Of a stretch of 64,000 bases of DNA, positions 37,430-63,515 are shown piece by piece (position 1 is the first letter of the stretch; the number at the start of each line of letters is the position of its first letter). Source of the DNA: Lingula anatina (Eukaryota > Animalia > Brachiopoda). The notes below the pieces were generated by a model, which worked only from the letters and a program-made list of their open reading frames with translations, searched no databases and was not told the DNA's origin. The DNA lies in the NCBI GenBank assembly GCA_051362555.1, contig CM120643.1:19472848-19536847 (forward strand), in the 5' to 3' direction. The position numbers and the translations under genes were made by a program.

Positions 37430-40400
37430 TCAACATTTCTTTGTCTTTGATCCTTGCTCTTGTATTTTCTGCTTTCGTGAATTCTGTTTTTTCTTTTTGT
37501 CATTGGGGATTTTGATTTTATTTTTTCCTTTCTTTTTTGTCTTCTTTGAAGAATCATGGGAATCATGCAGTTCTAGACTGTGTCCTTTGTGATCATCTTT
37601 CAATTCGGAAAGCTGCAAAAAAGTAAGATTTACATTTAAAAAATAATTACTTTCTGAGTACCAATTTTGCTGGATGTTGATTAAACATGAAGAGATAAGA
37701 TGTCTGCAGTTAAAACTAAAAACATACGACAATACAACTAAAACATGTTTGTACTCACAATGAAGAAAATTGCACAGATTTTTAATGGACAGACCTGCAT
37801 TTTCCCCAAACAAAGGTCACCACCTTGTTCTTCTTTGCTCTTCTTGTTTGGTACATCTTGAAACCAAATGACATTATTATAACAATAAAATGTGGAATGC
37901 AAGAAGAACACACAAAATGAAACAGAGGCTGTGGCACCTGAACAACAATACGATCTTATTTTTAAAAATCTCAAAGATGACTCCTATTACATCTCTTATT
38001 ATTATCTACATAAGCCTATACAATACAGATATGTCATATTTTGCAAACTATGATTCCTTGATCCTGGATCCATTTTAATGTTAATAACATGAAAAACAAA
38101 GATCAAAATAAAAAAGAACTGTTACCATGGAAACACTCACTAAGCCACAGTACTACCCACCATCTTTATCATCCAAGAGCTCCTTGAACAACTTCCTCTT
38201 CTTAATGTTTCCAGTCTGCACTTCTTTCCATTCTCGTCTACGGTGGGCAAAGTTCTGCAGGGCACAGTTCTTGTAGATGTACTGGCCAAAGCGGTCACTT
38301 CTTAACTTGGACTCCTGCTTAATTAGCTCTTCTGCTATCAGGATTCTGTTCTTTAGGGAGGCTTGAGCCCACAGGCTGTCCAATGTACGGCTGCCGTTAC
38401 GATGACAGGCTAATGCTACATAATGACCCTGAAGGCGAATAATTTTCATTTCTATATTCCAGTAATATTCAATTTGAGTATTTAAATAGGAAAAAGAAAC
38501 CAAACCTAACGAGGCTCGCCAGATTAGAATGTGTAACACACAATGAGAAGTTATCAGACTATAAGTAGTGAAAATCTACGGCTTCCCCAGCTTGCAGTCT
38601 CAGACTGATGTTGACTTATCCAAATTTTATCAATTCTGATCCAACTGGCAAAAAGTTTGTCAGTCAAACCTCAGATTTCTTTGAAAATATCAAACAGTTT
38701 CAAAACCATCAAGTTAATAGCTTTTAATACAACAATGAATTTAATTTCACGCTCTCATCTTGATCTCACCTTGAGCCTTCCGTACAGAACATCTTGGCTC
38801 TTCTCTCCTATCGTTGGACTGTGAAGGAACGCTTCCACAATATGGCTGCCAGAGGCGTTACAGGCCAACACTTGCAGCTCTGTTGGTTTGAGGTCGAGAA
38901 AACTGGAGACAAGGAGGCGTGGGTTGCCGTATTTCAGCAGGTGTTGTACCAGTAGTGACCCGTGATAGTTCACTTCTGTTAACATGGGAATGGAGGTGCT
39001 AGATGACTCCTCCTTCAAGAGAGAAAAAAAATCTGTTAGAGACAATCACAGGCAACAAGACATACATCAGGTTACTTAGATTCATAGTTACTGTATCAAA
39101 TTTTTCGATAAATGAATTAGTTGATTTTGCAAAAAAAAAAAAAATAAAATAAGGTGCAGCTTGGTAATTAATATATGAACCCTGGGGTAGCGCTAGCAAA
39201 ATTTTTCGCTTAGCCAATCACCACATTTTTGTCAATTTGTTATCATAATCGTTACAATTTGGCTAAAACATGTCATGTCAAGCCCTTTTTCTTAAGCCAA
39301 TTTAAGTCAGTTTTAGCATTTGGCTAAATTGGCAAGTGTTAGCGCTACCCCAGGAATCTGTTGGTTTCGTCTTTATCACACACCCCCTTCCCAATCCACT
39401 GTAATCCAACATCACTCTAAAGTATTTCTATTAAACCACAAATTAAATATGTCCCACAGAACTCTGAGATAAAATATAAAAGCATCTACTTTGCCAGGAG
39501 CTTCTGTGAGAAAGAGGTCTTAATCATACAAACCTGTGGGTTGTCTTGCTCATCAGAGCCCTCTATCTTGAAGAAAACTTCATAGGTTGTGAGGGAAGTA
39601 ACCAAGGACATAAACTCCATTTGTCTTTCAACAGGGCTATAGCAGTGAAATGCTTTCATCAAGGCCTAGGTGAAGTAAAACATCGATTAATAACAAATTT
39701 ACTTTTACTGAAATAAAAAGAACTGAAAATAAAGAGACATAAAAATACAGAAACTGTCTTCTTCACTCTAATGGGGTTAACCTTTTCTGGACAATTTTCA
39801 AATAAACTACACTCCTTTAATTTCATTCCTTAAAAATGATCAATATGCATCTGAATCAGTTTGGTAAATCAAAACAAAGGTAACATTTTTCACAAGAAAA
39901 AAGATCCAAATGGATAAAATTCACGTAAAAAGTATTGAGTGAACTGCAGACACATACCTTCACAAATTTGTCCTGTTTGGCCCCCAATCTGTGACATGCC
40001 TCCGCTAGCTGCACCACAACTCCACAGCAGTTGTGAGCTAAAATATTCTCCAATTCTTTCTGTAATGCCTGGAACACCTGCTTCAACTGTAATAAACAGA
40101 CAGGATTTTTGTAAGGAAAAAAGTAGGATGAAAGGCTTTGGGGGTTGCTTAACGTTGGAATGCTGTCAATAGAACATCAAATATTCCATTTAAATTGCAT
40201 AAATAGAGATAAACAAATATCTTCTCACAAAATCACATATCAAATGAAAGGTATAAGATATGCAATACATCATCCATGCCTGTAGCCAGCCATTTTAAAG
40301 GGGAGGTTCTTTTTCTCAAAAATTGATCCTTTTAGTTTTACTATGAAACCTTTGTGTACCTAGATCATATTTTACCCAAAGCGGACCATTTTCCAACAAA

Positions 40401-43400
40401 AAGGTCAGTGTGTTCAAATCCCCCTAGCTAGTGGTCTGACATCCCTATAAACTCATGATAAGTTGATTAAAATTACTGAAGTATAGGATTATGTCATTCA
40501 GGGTTGGGCGTGACTATTGGCTGAGGTAGCACAGTTGAAAATACCCACAATCCACTGGTCACCTGAGATGCGTTATGAACATTTTTGATCAGTCTCTGGA
40601 CTACGAAATTCCCAACAGGATGTCCACTCCACTCAGGCAGATTGGGGAGAAAATGAGTGTCCAGCAGGCTCTGGTACTGACCCTCTGTGGACAGTTCTAG
40701 GATCTGTTCTATGAGGTGGGAACTCACTTGGCTGAGCACCATGGCACGGAATGCAGTCTTCTGAGTTGAACTGGAGGGAAAATAGAATAGCTGTGGATAA
40801 AACATGGCATGCATATTTTTTATGTCAACTAGATGGAAATAGTGCAGATAACATATGGCACAGAATGCAGTCTTCTAAGGGGTGGGGGGGGGGGGGGGAG
40901 AGAGACAGAGAGAGAGATGGAACCTTACCCATCTTTTTTATTTCTCATCATCAAGGACACAATCCGGTCACAATATTCTGAGCACTGTTCTGGGTGGTTT
41001 TTGTGTGACACCAACAGCACCGTCTGCACCACAGGAACCACCAGGTGATTGTGGAAATACTCTGAAAATGGGATAAGAAGAAAGATTAAAATGTTCATTT
41101 CTTTCCCAATGAATTTTTTCACCAGTGAATTTTTATATCTTTTTTTCTTTGAAGATAAAAAAAACAAACAAAACCACAACACTGTTATTTCTTACTTATT
41201 CCACACATAAGTAAAATGTGCCATAAAATGAAACACAGGCACTAGGCGTATTAATTATGCCCCTAGTTATGTGTGCATCAAAAGCCTCACCAATATGTAA
41301 ATATTTAGTTATTCCATGCACAAAGCATTACAAGTGCAGAGGACCTCCTCAGGACATTCCCCCCCCCCCCCCCCTCCAACCGCACAGCAATCAAACCATG
41401 GAAACGAGAAAGCATGCATAAAATTACACTTCTTCCAACACATGGCCTGCTATGCTTCACAGATATGAACCAGAGGATGGGTCCTTTGAGGTTGGCCAGG
41501 CTATAGCAGTGAAATGTAGCCGCACCCACATAACTATAAAATTGCCATTTATTGCATTAATTATCTTGAAATGGAGAACAGCAAAATCTGAACTGTGTTG
41601 TTTAGAGTGCACATTTCAAGACAAAATATGTTTAAGCTTGAAATAGAAAACTCTTATAAAAAAACTGTATTTGTCTTTGTTGAAAACATTGAATAATAGA
41701 GAATCAAAATGCCAAGATCTGCGCTGACAAATCAGAAGGACTGCAGTAATGACACCAGATGTCTGCAACACAAAAAGTAGACGCTGACAACATTTAACAT
41801 TTTACGGACAACCAACAAAATAAAGTACTTCCTTCTATCAAGCTTCACACATATAATGTGACCATCATGCAAAAATAATTTTAGATCTGTCCAGGTCTTC
41901 ACACTTGGCACATGGTCACCATGGGAGTGTGCACTCGCTGCGCGCTGACTGCTATCATTGCTCTGACAGTGATATTCACGGCTTTTGGCAAGGTGATAGA
42001 ATATGATGAAGTTCGCAAACTTGTCAAAGAAGAAAAAATAAGTCACCATGAAAAGACAGCAGAGAAAAACCAACGGAATAAGAGGAATATTCCAAGCTGG
42101 GCTTTTGGTTTGTATTTTTTGTTACTGTCATTAAATTTAAAAGTGAAGAGTCATCTGTCGAGTTAGGAACAAAAATAGGCTGATGGGAGAGAAACTGGCT
42201 TTGAAGATAAGATATTAAACGTGGAAAACCTTTTATAATGTAAGTTTTTATATGTGCTTGGACAGTTCCACATTTTGTTTAAAATAATTTAATGTAAGGC
42301 AGAACATCAATTAAGAGTTATCACTCTTTCTTTTTCAAGGAAATATTATAATTCATAAGTGTGATAAATTTTCAATATATTTGAATTACACATTTCTTAC
42401 TGCATTAAGTGAGGTAATTACAATGATTTTGTGAGCAATTGAAATAGAACATTTTTTAAACTGATGTCGCACATGCACATAAGAGAAAACACACACTGCA
42501 TTATACAGTTACAGTGTATACAACTATAATATCATATTACCCCCTCCTCCGACCCCCACCCCAAGAATTTAATGTGCATAATATAGTAACAGTGTCTACA
42601 TTTGCTGCATATCATAATCATATTATCATTGACCTATATTACTCAGGTGCAAATCCCCCTGGGGTACCTGCTCCAGGCCCTGGGGATAGTGGACCTGTGC
42701 TTGTGGAGGGAAGTCCCTGGGGTAGAGGTGGGAGCAGTGCAGGGAGTGGCAGTCCATGTAAAAACTTTGACAAAGGTAAGCATTATCTACCCACACCTTT
42801 TAGTTTAATATATTCATCAGTTATGAAATAAATACTCTTTTTTTTCCCCTTTAGGAGGGAAATTTTAGTCTATACATTTTATTTTTGAAGTTCAGAAAAG
42901 AAAGGAGCAATACAGATGTCCTTAACAAAAACAGTTCTAAGGTAACTTCATAACATCAAGTTGTAGAATGTACTTAATTACAATTAATTTGCATAATTGG
43001 AATAAAATTGCACTAAGCAGTTGAACTGAACCATTCTACACATTTTAAGTTGTGTAGTACATAAATAATCCAACACATTTGTCACGGACCTTAAACATAA
43101 TGCTCAGGAATGACACAGTCCATATGAAATGCAGAGGGCAGTATCACCAAAACACCTAGACTGAAAGTTGGTAAAAAAAATAATAAAATAAATAAATACA
43201 ATATCTATTTAAATAGGATTCTATGACTTGGTGGTAGAAACTGATGGCCAAGGCACCATTAGTGGACCCAACAAAAACAATGCCATAATGGTGTCCTTTT
43301 CTGGCGGCTGGACCACGCCCAAAGACTGCGCTCGCCAGGCATTGGCAAAAATTGACTTTGATGCAGGTGCAGGAAGAAGACTTCGGATTGACATGTGCTT

Positions 43401-46257
43401 CAAGCAGCCTCAAGGCTTTAACATCAACATTGGGGACTCCATAAGCAACAATGGCTATGGTAGGTGACTTGATTGTAATCAAGCTGGTGCCAGCAAAGCA
43501 CTTCTTCAGGCAATTACATCATGGGTTGAATGCATGAAGGTCATTTGTAAGCTTCTGTGTTTTTTTTTTCTATTTTTTTAGACATTTATTTAGACAGTTT
43601 AACTTGCAGAATGTTTAAGGCAATGTGCTTAATTCCAATGCAGAAGAGTGAGTCTATTGGACCTTCAATTTCCTGCCAATGTGCACAGTGACACCTAGTG
43701 GACAATGTCATGACTAATGTCTAGAATAGACTGTAAACTTGAAGTATTATCAGTATTATTATAATGTGGGTATAATTTTAAACTTTGTGAACAAAATACA
43801 AAGACCCTAACTGGATCATAATGTGAACATGCCCCTTGGTATGCCATTTCTCTGTGTGCAGCTTGATTCAGGCGAACTCATCACAATTAGCAAATATATT
43901 TAATCTGTTTCTCCAACTACTGCCATAGCCACCCTTTGGCATGGCGCCCTTCATGCTTCAGGACAGAATACACCTGCTGCCTGCAGAGAAACTGCCACAT
44001 GACCAGAAGAGATAAGTTGAATACAGAATGGTCAACCTATCTTCAATGAAAACCCACCTTCAGTTCCACAATTTTATTTTGTCTTTATGTTATGCTCGTC
44101 GAGTTTGGCATTCTGCATTTTTGCTTTAGGTGGAGACGGCAACCACCAAACCAACGATGCCGAGGTTCACAATATCAATTCCAACTTCTACGCCTACGCC
44201 AGTGACCTTCTATCTGCGACCCAACTGGTCAACGACCCAGGGGCCATCCTTTCAAATGAAATCTTCAGCATGGAGGTGAGGAACAACTACATAGGATGGG
44301 CCAACTCCCTGAGCATTAGCTCCAAATCCTCGTCAGCACTATTTGCCCTCAACCACCAATACGACCAGGGACCACACAATCCAGGCACCAATTCTATCGT
44401 CTATATGGGGATGAACCGTGTGATCAGCTACAGGCAAGACCGGATCGGCCGAGGACTGTGCTCTGTTGGCTTTAAGTGGTTTTAGAGGAAATGGTTCACT
44501 CTGAATTATTCTACTTATTAGTAACAATACTACCATTTGTTGTCAAATCAAAACATATCCACAAAATGCATTGGTCACGAATAATGTTTCGATGGCATAT
44601 ATATAGACAAAAATTTCATTTTATGGCCATGAGTTCTCACTGGATGAATTTATTTGTAAATCCTTTCACTTTAGACCAAGTAATAAAAGAATATAAACAA
44701 GCCTGTGTCCATATATTTTAAAAAATGCCCAGTAGGTACAAAGTGTCCTTCTTTAGCCATCTTTCTCTCTATTTTCTATGACCAGAATAATAGCCAAAGT
44801 GCCAACCTTAAAATGCTGAGCAAAAATCAGTGACATTTCATCCATCCTCAAAAGTTATTTTCATTTTCTCAAATAAAAACTGTAACATTTTAATGACCAT
44901 TGAATGGTAGTGCCCGACACCTTTTGATGTAGATTTCAGTATAATTAATATAGATATTAGTAAAAAGTTACTCTGCTATCTAAATGAGCTACCTGGTTTT
45001 GATAAAACTATCTCCATAATTCTGGCACAAATTTTTTGACACACAGGATGCAATTCTTCCACTTTCACTAGCTCTGGAGTGACTTTATTTCTTTCTGAAA
45101 AACAAACCAATTTTTCAGTTCCCGAATGAAATAAAAATGAACATTTTTTGCAAAGGCATTATACAAGTAGTATAAAGGAGCACTGACAAGCTTTAAATTC
45201 ATATCACTTCATGTCAGTTGTTGCATTTAACCATTTCATAATATTTTTAAAGTACTAAAAAAAAAAGAAAAATTAGCCCTGCTTTTATGAATATCAAACT
45301 ATTTTGATAAGAAATAGATTTCAAAGGGATAAAAATATCAGAAAATTGAGCATCGGCAGAAAATTCTCACCCGACATCTGTTCCCGTGACAACCTACTCC
45401 GAATAATTCTCTCCGTCACCCTCACAGCACCAGTGGCTTCCAATAAAGTTCTAATAATGTGACTTGCATATGTGTGTTCAACATAGGTGTCAGTGTTTTC
45501 CAAGACATGACCACACAGACTTAGAAAGTCAACCCTAAGGCTTGTGGAGTCATTTCCCTTCTTATCTTTCTCATTCTCCTTTTCGCTATCAATATTAGCA
45601 TGAGCATCTTCATCATCATCAGTTTCATCATCACTGTCACTGACTTTTTGGTTCCAAAATTGTGGTGTGACTTTTATTATTGTTTGTGTCACATAACTTG
45701 CAAATCGATTTGTGCACACAGTTTCCCAGTCAAAAGAAAAAGCTGTCAGGATTTGGTGAAGTTGTGTCCCACTTGCCCATTGGACAATATTCTCCACCAC
45801 TCGGCTTACAGTCTGGTTTTGTGAAACAGTCACTGCTTCTGTGGACAACTGTTTGAACACATTCCTCAGGAACAAATCTACAACAGAATATTATATAACC
45901 AATCAATCAATTCACAAAACAAACTGCATTTATATAAGGCATTTTGATCTGGCTTTTTGCATTATGACAGACTAGTATGACAGTTCAAGGTTGTTATATG
46001 TTTTTTTAGGTTTATTTTAAGTGCACTGCATTTAAAGAAACAAAATGCCAGAATTATCAACGTACTTAACGTAACGTACATGTACAGTACCTCCTTGAGT
46101 GTTGTTTCCCAAATTGCAGCTTACCTCGTTCCTCTGAGGATTCAAATCCTTCTTGAAGAGTGTCCGACACCCTTCTGTAATAACCACGGGTATGTTCATC
46201 AATATGACCACGTTTTTTCTTCTCTTGTGTCCCGCTACTTCTAATATCTGCTTCCAT
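37430..46257 (-). CDS. NOP9: Nucleolar protein 9 (Pumilio-like repeat 18S rRNA maturation factor), ~699 aa, 11 exons
   Basis: Minus-strand phase-consistent exons: 46257-46125, 45877-45371, 45094-44993, 41061-40929, 40770-40563, 40086-39958, 39665-39534, 39012-38770, 38428-38161, 37856-37795, 37612-37430. Motifs: YYRRV, NQTVSRVVE, RFASYVTQT, YASHIIRTLL, SSHLIE, HPVGNFVVQRL, HGSLLVQHLL, GSHIVEAFL, LACHRNGSRTLD, IAEEL. Lys-rich C-terminus. Confidence 0.9.
39181..39354. mobile_element. MITE (~174 bp)
   Basis: Perfect 15-bp TIRs cctggggtagcgcta / tagcgctaccccagg. Confidence 0.75.
41912..44485 (+). CDS. Uncharacterised secreted pre-pro-protein (~307 aa), 4 exons, nested antisense in NOP9 intron 3
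   Basis: Exons 41912-42107, 42647-42775, 43217-43459 and 44130-44485, all phase-1 GT-AG joins, form one open frame. It encodes a hydrophobic signal (ALTAIIALTVIFTAFG), furin-type RNKR, a Gly/Pro linker and a Cys-containing globular domain (NIGDSISNNGYGGDG...DAE...LFAL...YMGMNRVI...GRGLC). Confidence 0.85.
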
Positions 46258-46572
46258 ATTTGTATTGCGCCCTACCGCTTAGCTCTGTGTTGGTACCATG
46301 CTTTTCCTACAAACAGAGATAATGGAAATCTTGTACATGGTTTCGTATCAAAGTATACATTTTTCTTCCTGTGTACAATAATATTCTGATTCGATTTCTT
46401 TAAAAAAACATGAAAATATTTTTCAAATTTCAAAAGAGTAATTATTACCATTGTTAAATGCTTAATCAATGTAAAAAATATGCGAAACTTATTTTGATTT
46501 CTAAGGTTGAGCCGAGATCCTATCGGTGATGTAACGTGAAGTGCGAGTGTCTACAAAAGACCATAATTTGCC
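46258..46572. promoter_or_regulatory. Bidirectional promoter NOP9 / AFG3L2
   Basis: Divergent start codons only ~315 bp apart; local CpG enrichment. Confidence 0.7.
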
Positions 46573-58679
<12,107 letters not shown>

Positions 58680-61153
58680 TGCTTGTACAGGGGTTTAGGA
58701 AAATATTTGTACAGTTGCTTTATTGTTGTCTTGTTTATACCTGTATACACACTACCCAAGGAGGGGTTTCATAAGTCCCAAGGTGGGGCTGTAAAGACAT
58801 AAGCTGATGTGTGGAAATTTTTTTCATATCCAGTATTGGAAACCTGTTATGAGCTGGTGTTTCAAGGCTGGTCCACGACAGGAAGGAAATCTCAACTTGG
58901 GTGTTTAATAAAAATAGCATCATTTTAAACTGAAGAACTCAAAAAATGAAAAGGAAAAAAGTGAAAATAATATGTATTGAATTCGAAAGGGGGAAAAAAG
59001 GATGTAAAACTTTGAAATGAATTCAAAGCCAAATAGGTTGGATTCGGGACCTAGGTTTACAAACTGATTCTAGACTGGGCCTTGATGTTTGTAACTACAG
59101 CATCTTTAACTCCAGAAGTGTCATGGTTTCACAGGGTTTAAACGGCAATGGCGCCTACATTATGAGTAACCCCATGACAGCTGTAGCCGGACAAGATACG
59201 TCATCTGGAGTACCCATTTGTCACAGGACTTGCCTACTTCCCAAGACTGGTGGCCATGTAAGACAGGTGTCTGTCTCTTCTTTGTTGTTAAAGCCGTGAT
59301 TCCCACACAGGCTCACCACGTGTTATAACAGTCACCGGAAACATGTTCTGACTTGTGACTTTCATTGACTGAAGTTATTTGGTGGTAAGGTTATTTTTCT
59401 AGGAGGAACAAATAGTAAAAAAAACAACAATAATATGAAACTATAATGTGTTCTGCTGCACTGTTTGTGTATTAGTATTAGTATTATTATATTAATGAAA
59501 CTTTGGATGGACACCTGATTTTCCACTCAAGCAAGAACTGAGAGAAACTTGATGAAGACTATACAATTTTATTTATGGAAAGAGTGATTAAAATGAATGT
59601 TAAAAATAAAAATTGAGTATTTTGTGTAATATACGGTAGTGACTCGATGTCATCACTGAAAGAAATGTATTATAGTTTTAGTTACATAATTTTGGAATCA
59701 TTACAAAATATATTCTGTGCATAATTTTGGTGAATTAACTCCATGTTACAGGACTGCAGGAAAGTGCTTTTCCATTTGGTTGCTATCACTCAGGAATGCA
59801 ATGATTTAAAGAATTTACACAACTTTGGAAAATACAGTATCCATTTCCCCATTGAAAAGGTGAATCATTTTTGTACCTCATGTTTTGGTTTTTGTTTAAG
59901 ATATCTGGTATTTATTACTAAAAATTTAAGATTTTGAAATTAAATCTTAAATACATAAAAAATAAAATCTGAAATAAAGTACAATGAGCGAGTGTGAGTG
60001 TCCTTGTCATATCCTGTTCTTAAACAATTTTAGAGAATTTCTGACTAAAAAGGGGAGAAATGTTATATCAATTAAGAGAACATTTAATTATGCATCCACA
60101 AAAATAAAAAAAAAAATTCAATGGCAATTTGGGGGTCAACAGATTTTAGCCAGGTTGATGTGAAAAACCATCTACTTGAACGATACTGAAATATTTGAGA
60201 AATTGGATCCAGTTGTCGACTGAAAAAGAGGCAGGGCATCGGAAATAGAGCAGAAACAATGTAGAATATCACATTTTCCAACCATTTTCTTTCGGAGAAA
60301 TGGCTTTCCAATATAATATTACTGTGACAGGTGTGAACTAATAGGGCATTCAGGTGCGCTGCAGTAGTAGTAATCTTCTGAAAGGTTTTGTCGTCACAGA
60401 TGTCCTATCTAGAACTTGATTCTTTACGTTTTGATAGATTCAGTTACAGATCATTGAATTGCGTTGTATTCGTGCTACAATAGACAGTAATGAGTGGATA
60501 AGATGTGGAGCAAAGTGAACCGCAGTTTTATTTATTGAGGGGTGGGGTGGGGCGCGGTGACACCTTTATAATTGAAACTGTGGCAGTGAGGTAAAAATAT
60601 ATATGTCATCGTTTGACCAAGAATACAGCACTCTTTACACCCTTCGTGGCGTTTCATGCTTATTTGGAAATAAAACGACGAGTGGCAGATAAATTATTTG
60701 ATGATTGCATTATTTTAGTGGATAGAAAAACACCTCGAGCTATTACTTATAAAAACAGTGTACGTTGGGGCATATGTTCCGAACTAACACTATGAATTAT
60801 GAGATTGATTTTATGAGAAAGAGCCATGGACAATGGTTGACAAGTAATTGCCAATTACACGAAACGAAGACAAAAAATGGGCATGAGAAGGTGACGAATG
60901 TCCGTTGAAGTGTAAAGTACTTTACAAAAATTCAGGGATATCCATGGCAAGTTATGACTGGTGTTTGTTGGGTGATGGGGAATATTTTGTGTTAGTTTAT
61001 ATTCGAAAGCAACACATTTTGCACAATGAAGTAAATCAGAAGTTTACATTGCAATTGGCTTTAAATCGCTAGAGAAATCGCGAACAGAGACGGAAGGAGG
61101 GAGAGAGGAAAAGAGAGAGAGAGAGAGAATAAGCAATCGGTATCTATATATTA

Positions 61154-61309
61154 CCCTCTACCAGGGTGAGTGATAGATTTTTTACAGATATTCACAGATA
61201 TGTCTCTAGCTAGATAGACCCAGAGTTCAGCTGTAAATGACTATCTATCTAGCTAGAGACATATCTGTGAATATCTGTAAGAAAATCTATCACTCGCCCT
61301 GGTAGAGGG
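61154..61309. mobile_element. Palindromic MITE with TA flanks
   Basis: ~65-bp inverted arms ccctctaccaggg...tctctagctagataga / tctatctagctagaga...ccctggtagaggg; TA on both sides. Confidence 0.8.
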
Positions 61310-62530
61310 TATCTGTATATCACGAACAGTCAAAGTGGCGATCGTTCCTGATAACTTCTCCTTGTATCAGCGTCACTATACACTAATAACGACTGTGAAG
61401 GCGATATCGGCTACTTCTCCGTCAACATCTCAATGACAGCACACATAATTGTCTACCCTTCCACGAATTTTATGAGCTGAAATAATCGTATTTTTCTTTC
61501 CTTTGGTAATTGAATTAGACGCGTAAAGACACTGTGCTACACACTCCCTGTCCGGTCTTCAATTACTCGTGTTCATATCATGAACTTTAATTGATATTGA
61601 CTTTAAATTCACGGCAAAATGACACAAGCGGGCCCACTAATCATGTTTGAACTCCTGTGAGGCGAGTTAATTTCGACTGGTAAAGCGCCTACAGATTCCT
61701 TTCTTTTCCCTCCTCATTACGGCTTGATTTAAGTGCATTTCAAGCCAGGCCCTGACTCGTGACTAATGCCCGGAAATTGCTCTACGGGTTTTCTTCGTTT
61801 TCATTTCGTAGACGTACTTCGAGAGAACATGCGCGCCATCTGAAGTAAAGATGACATCATAAATATATGGATATATATACTGTATATGTAAGGAACGGGT
61901 TCTGATTTGCGCTTAATACAAGAGCGTTTCCTATTGTGATCTAGTCCGTGATTGTTTGACTATACATCTTCGCCGATGTGCGTGACTCCCAGAAAAACGC
62001 CCGTGCAGCTGCCTTATCAGATGCCGTTTGCAGCGATCTCGGTTTCTGCTTATTGCCGCGTTTTGTTCAATATCTTGCATGTGGATGTATCCGAGTCGTG
62101 AATCTGAAATGTAAGCCAAAACCACCGTTGGCGGCTGTCATTGAACTTTGTTATATAAGTTAAAGAAAAAAAGAACTCGTTGCAAAGGAAGGTGTCGAAC
62201 TGGCAGTGTTGATGCCTGACCACTAAGGGCCAAGGTAAAGACTGATGACTAAAATGACGACACGATCCACCCATTATTTCTGCGCCCACACAATTGTGCG
62301 ATGTTTCCGCCTCTCCAAACATGAATACTGTTGAAAACCCACACCAGCAACAATCGAGTTTGTAGCCGAATAGAATCACCTATTTTTGAACGTGCCTAGC
62401 TGTTCTTTCCGTCGGAGCAGACATTCTAAGAATCACGCGGTGCCATTTGGCATCTTAGCTGATTCCTTTTAAACCGTCTCTAAGACGAAATTTAACAACA
62501 CATTTTTTAGCCAAGGATCTTGGGAGAAAA

Positions 62531-63515
62531 ATGACCTCTCCAATCAACCTCGGCACTGCTCAAGTCGATTTAGTCAAGGATCCGCGCACCGGGTTCGGCG
62601 CCATAGTTCGCTCCACCAGCCAGAAGCCCGGCCTAGAGGTGAGCGGCCTCCTCAAGGGAGGGGCTGCCGACAACAGCGGAAAGGTCCAGCTGGGGGACAC
62701 CATCACGTCCATACAGGGGGTCGATATCACACACCTACAGTACTCCGCCGCCGTGGACGTTCTTCAGAAGTTCCCCATTAACAAACCGCTGCGGCTGACA
62801 ATGAATAAATATGCCGGGCTGGGTTCTGAAGAAGAACCGAAAGCCGTTGCGATCCGAACACCCATCGGGCAGCATTCCCCATTGAGACGCTTGTCAGCCG
62901 GCGTCAATATGAGGAGCCCCTCTCATTTGGCCATTAGGCGGGATTTAAGTATTCAAGTTCTCCCGGATCAAGAGAACAGGCAGCAGAGAGACAGTGACTC
63001 AGTAACTCCAGATTTCGAGGTGGGCGCAGCCAAAGAGAGAGGGACCTTTTTACAGAGGTTTTCTGTCTTGGAATCGTTTCGGAAAATCTCGGAGAGGGTT
63101 CAGTCGGTGGTTTTCGGCTCGTCGCGTTGCCAGAGAACCGCCCGGGCATGCGACTGCTCATTTAAGACGTGCATGAAGTCCAAGGATACCGACTCAACCA
63201 CGGGCCAGGAACTGTCTCTTGTTCAACTCGAACAGAACGGCGTTGAAAAGGGCAATCCGAAGTCGACTCACTCATCACATGGTGTTGTTCCACACACTAA
63301 CATCAACAGTGCGGTGAGCCAAAACTCGTGTAGCTCGAAACCTCGTGATACTCGACCCGAGGCGAGGCCACTCTGCACGAGGCAACCTCTAGACGCTCTG
63401 GGCACCGTCGTGGAAGAGGGACGCGGTCTTCCGCCTAACGACGCCCCTGGGAACGCTGCCGTAGCCCTGGAGAGTGAAGTCAGAATGGCTGATGAGGACG
63501 GCAGGATAAAAAACG
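62531..63515 (+). CDS. NOS1: First coding exon of a PDZ-domain protein, likely neuronal-type nitric oxide synthase (gene continues beyond window)
   Basis: The N-terminal PDZ (GFGAIV...KPGLEVSGLLKGGAADNSGKVQLGDTITSIQG...YSAAVDVL) aligns by eye with the nNOS PDZ (GLGFLV...KPPVIISDLIRGGAAEQSGLIQAGDIILAVNG...YDSALEVL). DLSIQV resembles the nNOS LC8/PIN-binding GIQV motif. Phase-1 donor G|GTAAGT at 63515/63516. No oxygenase domain is visible in the window. Confidence 0.6.
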
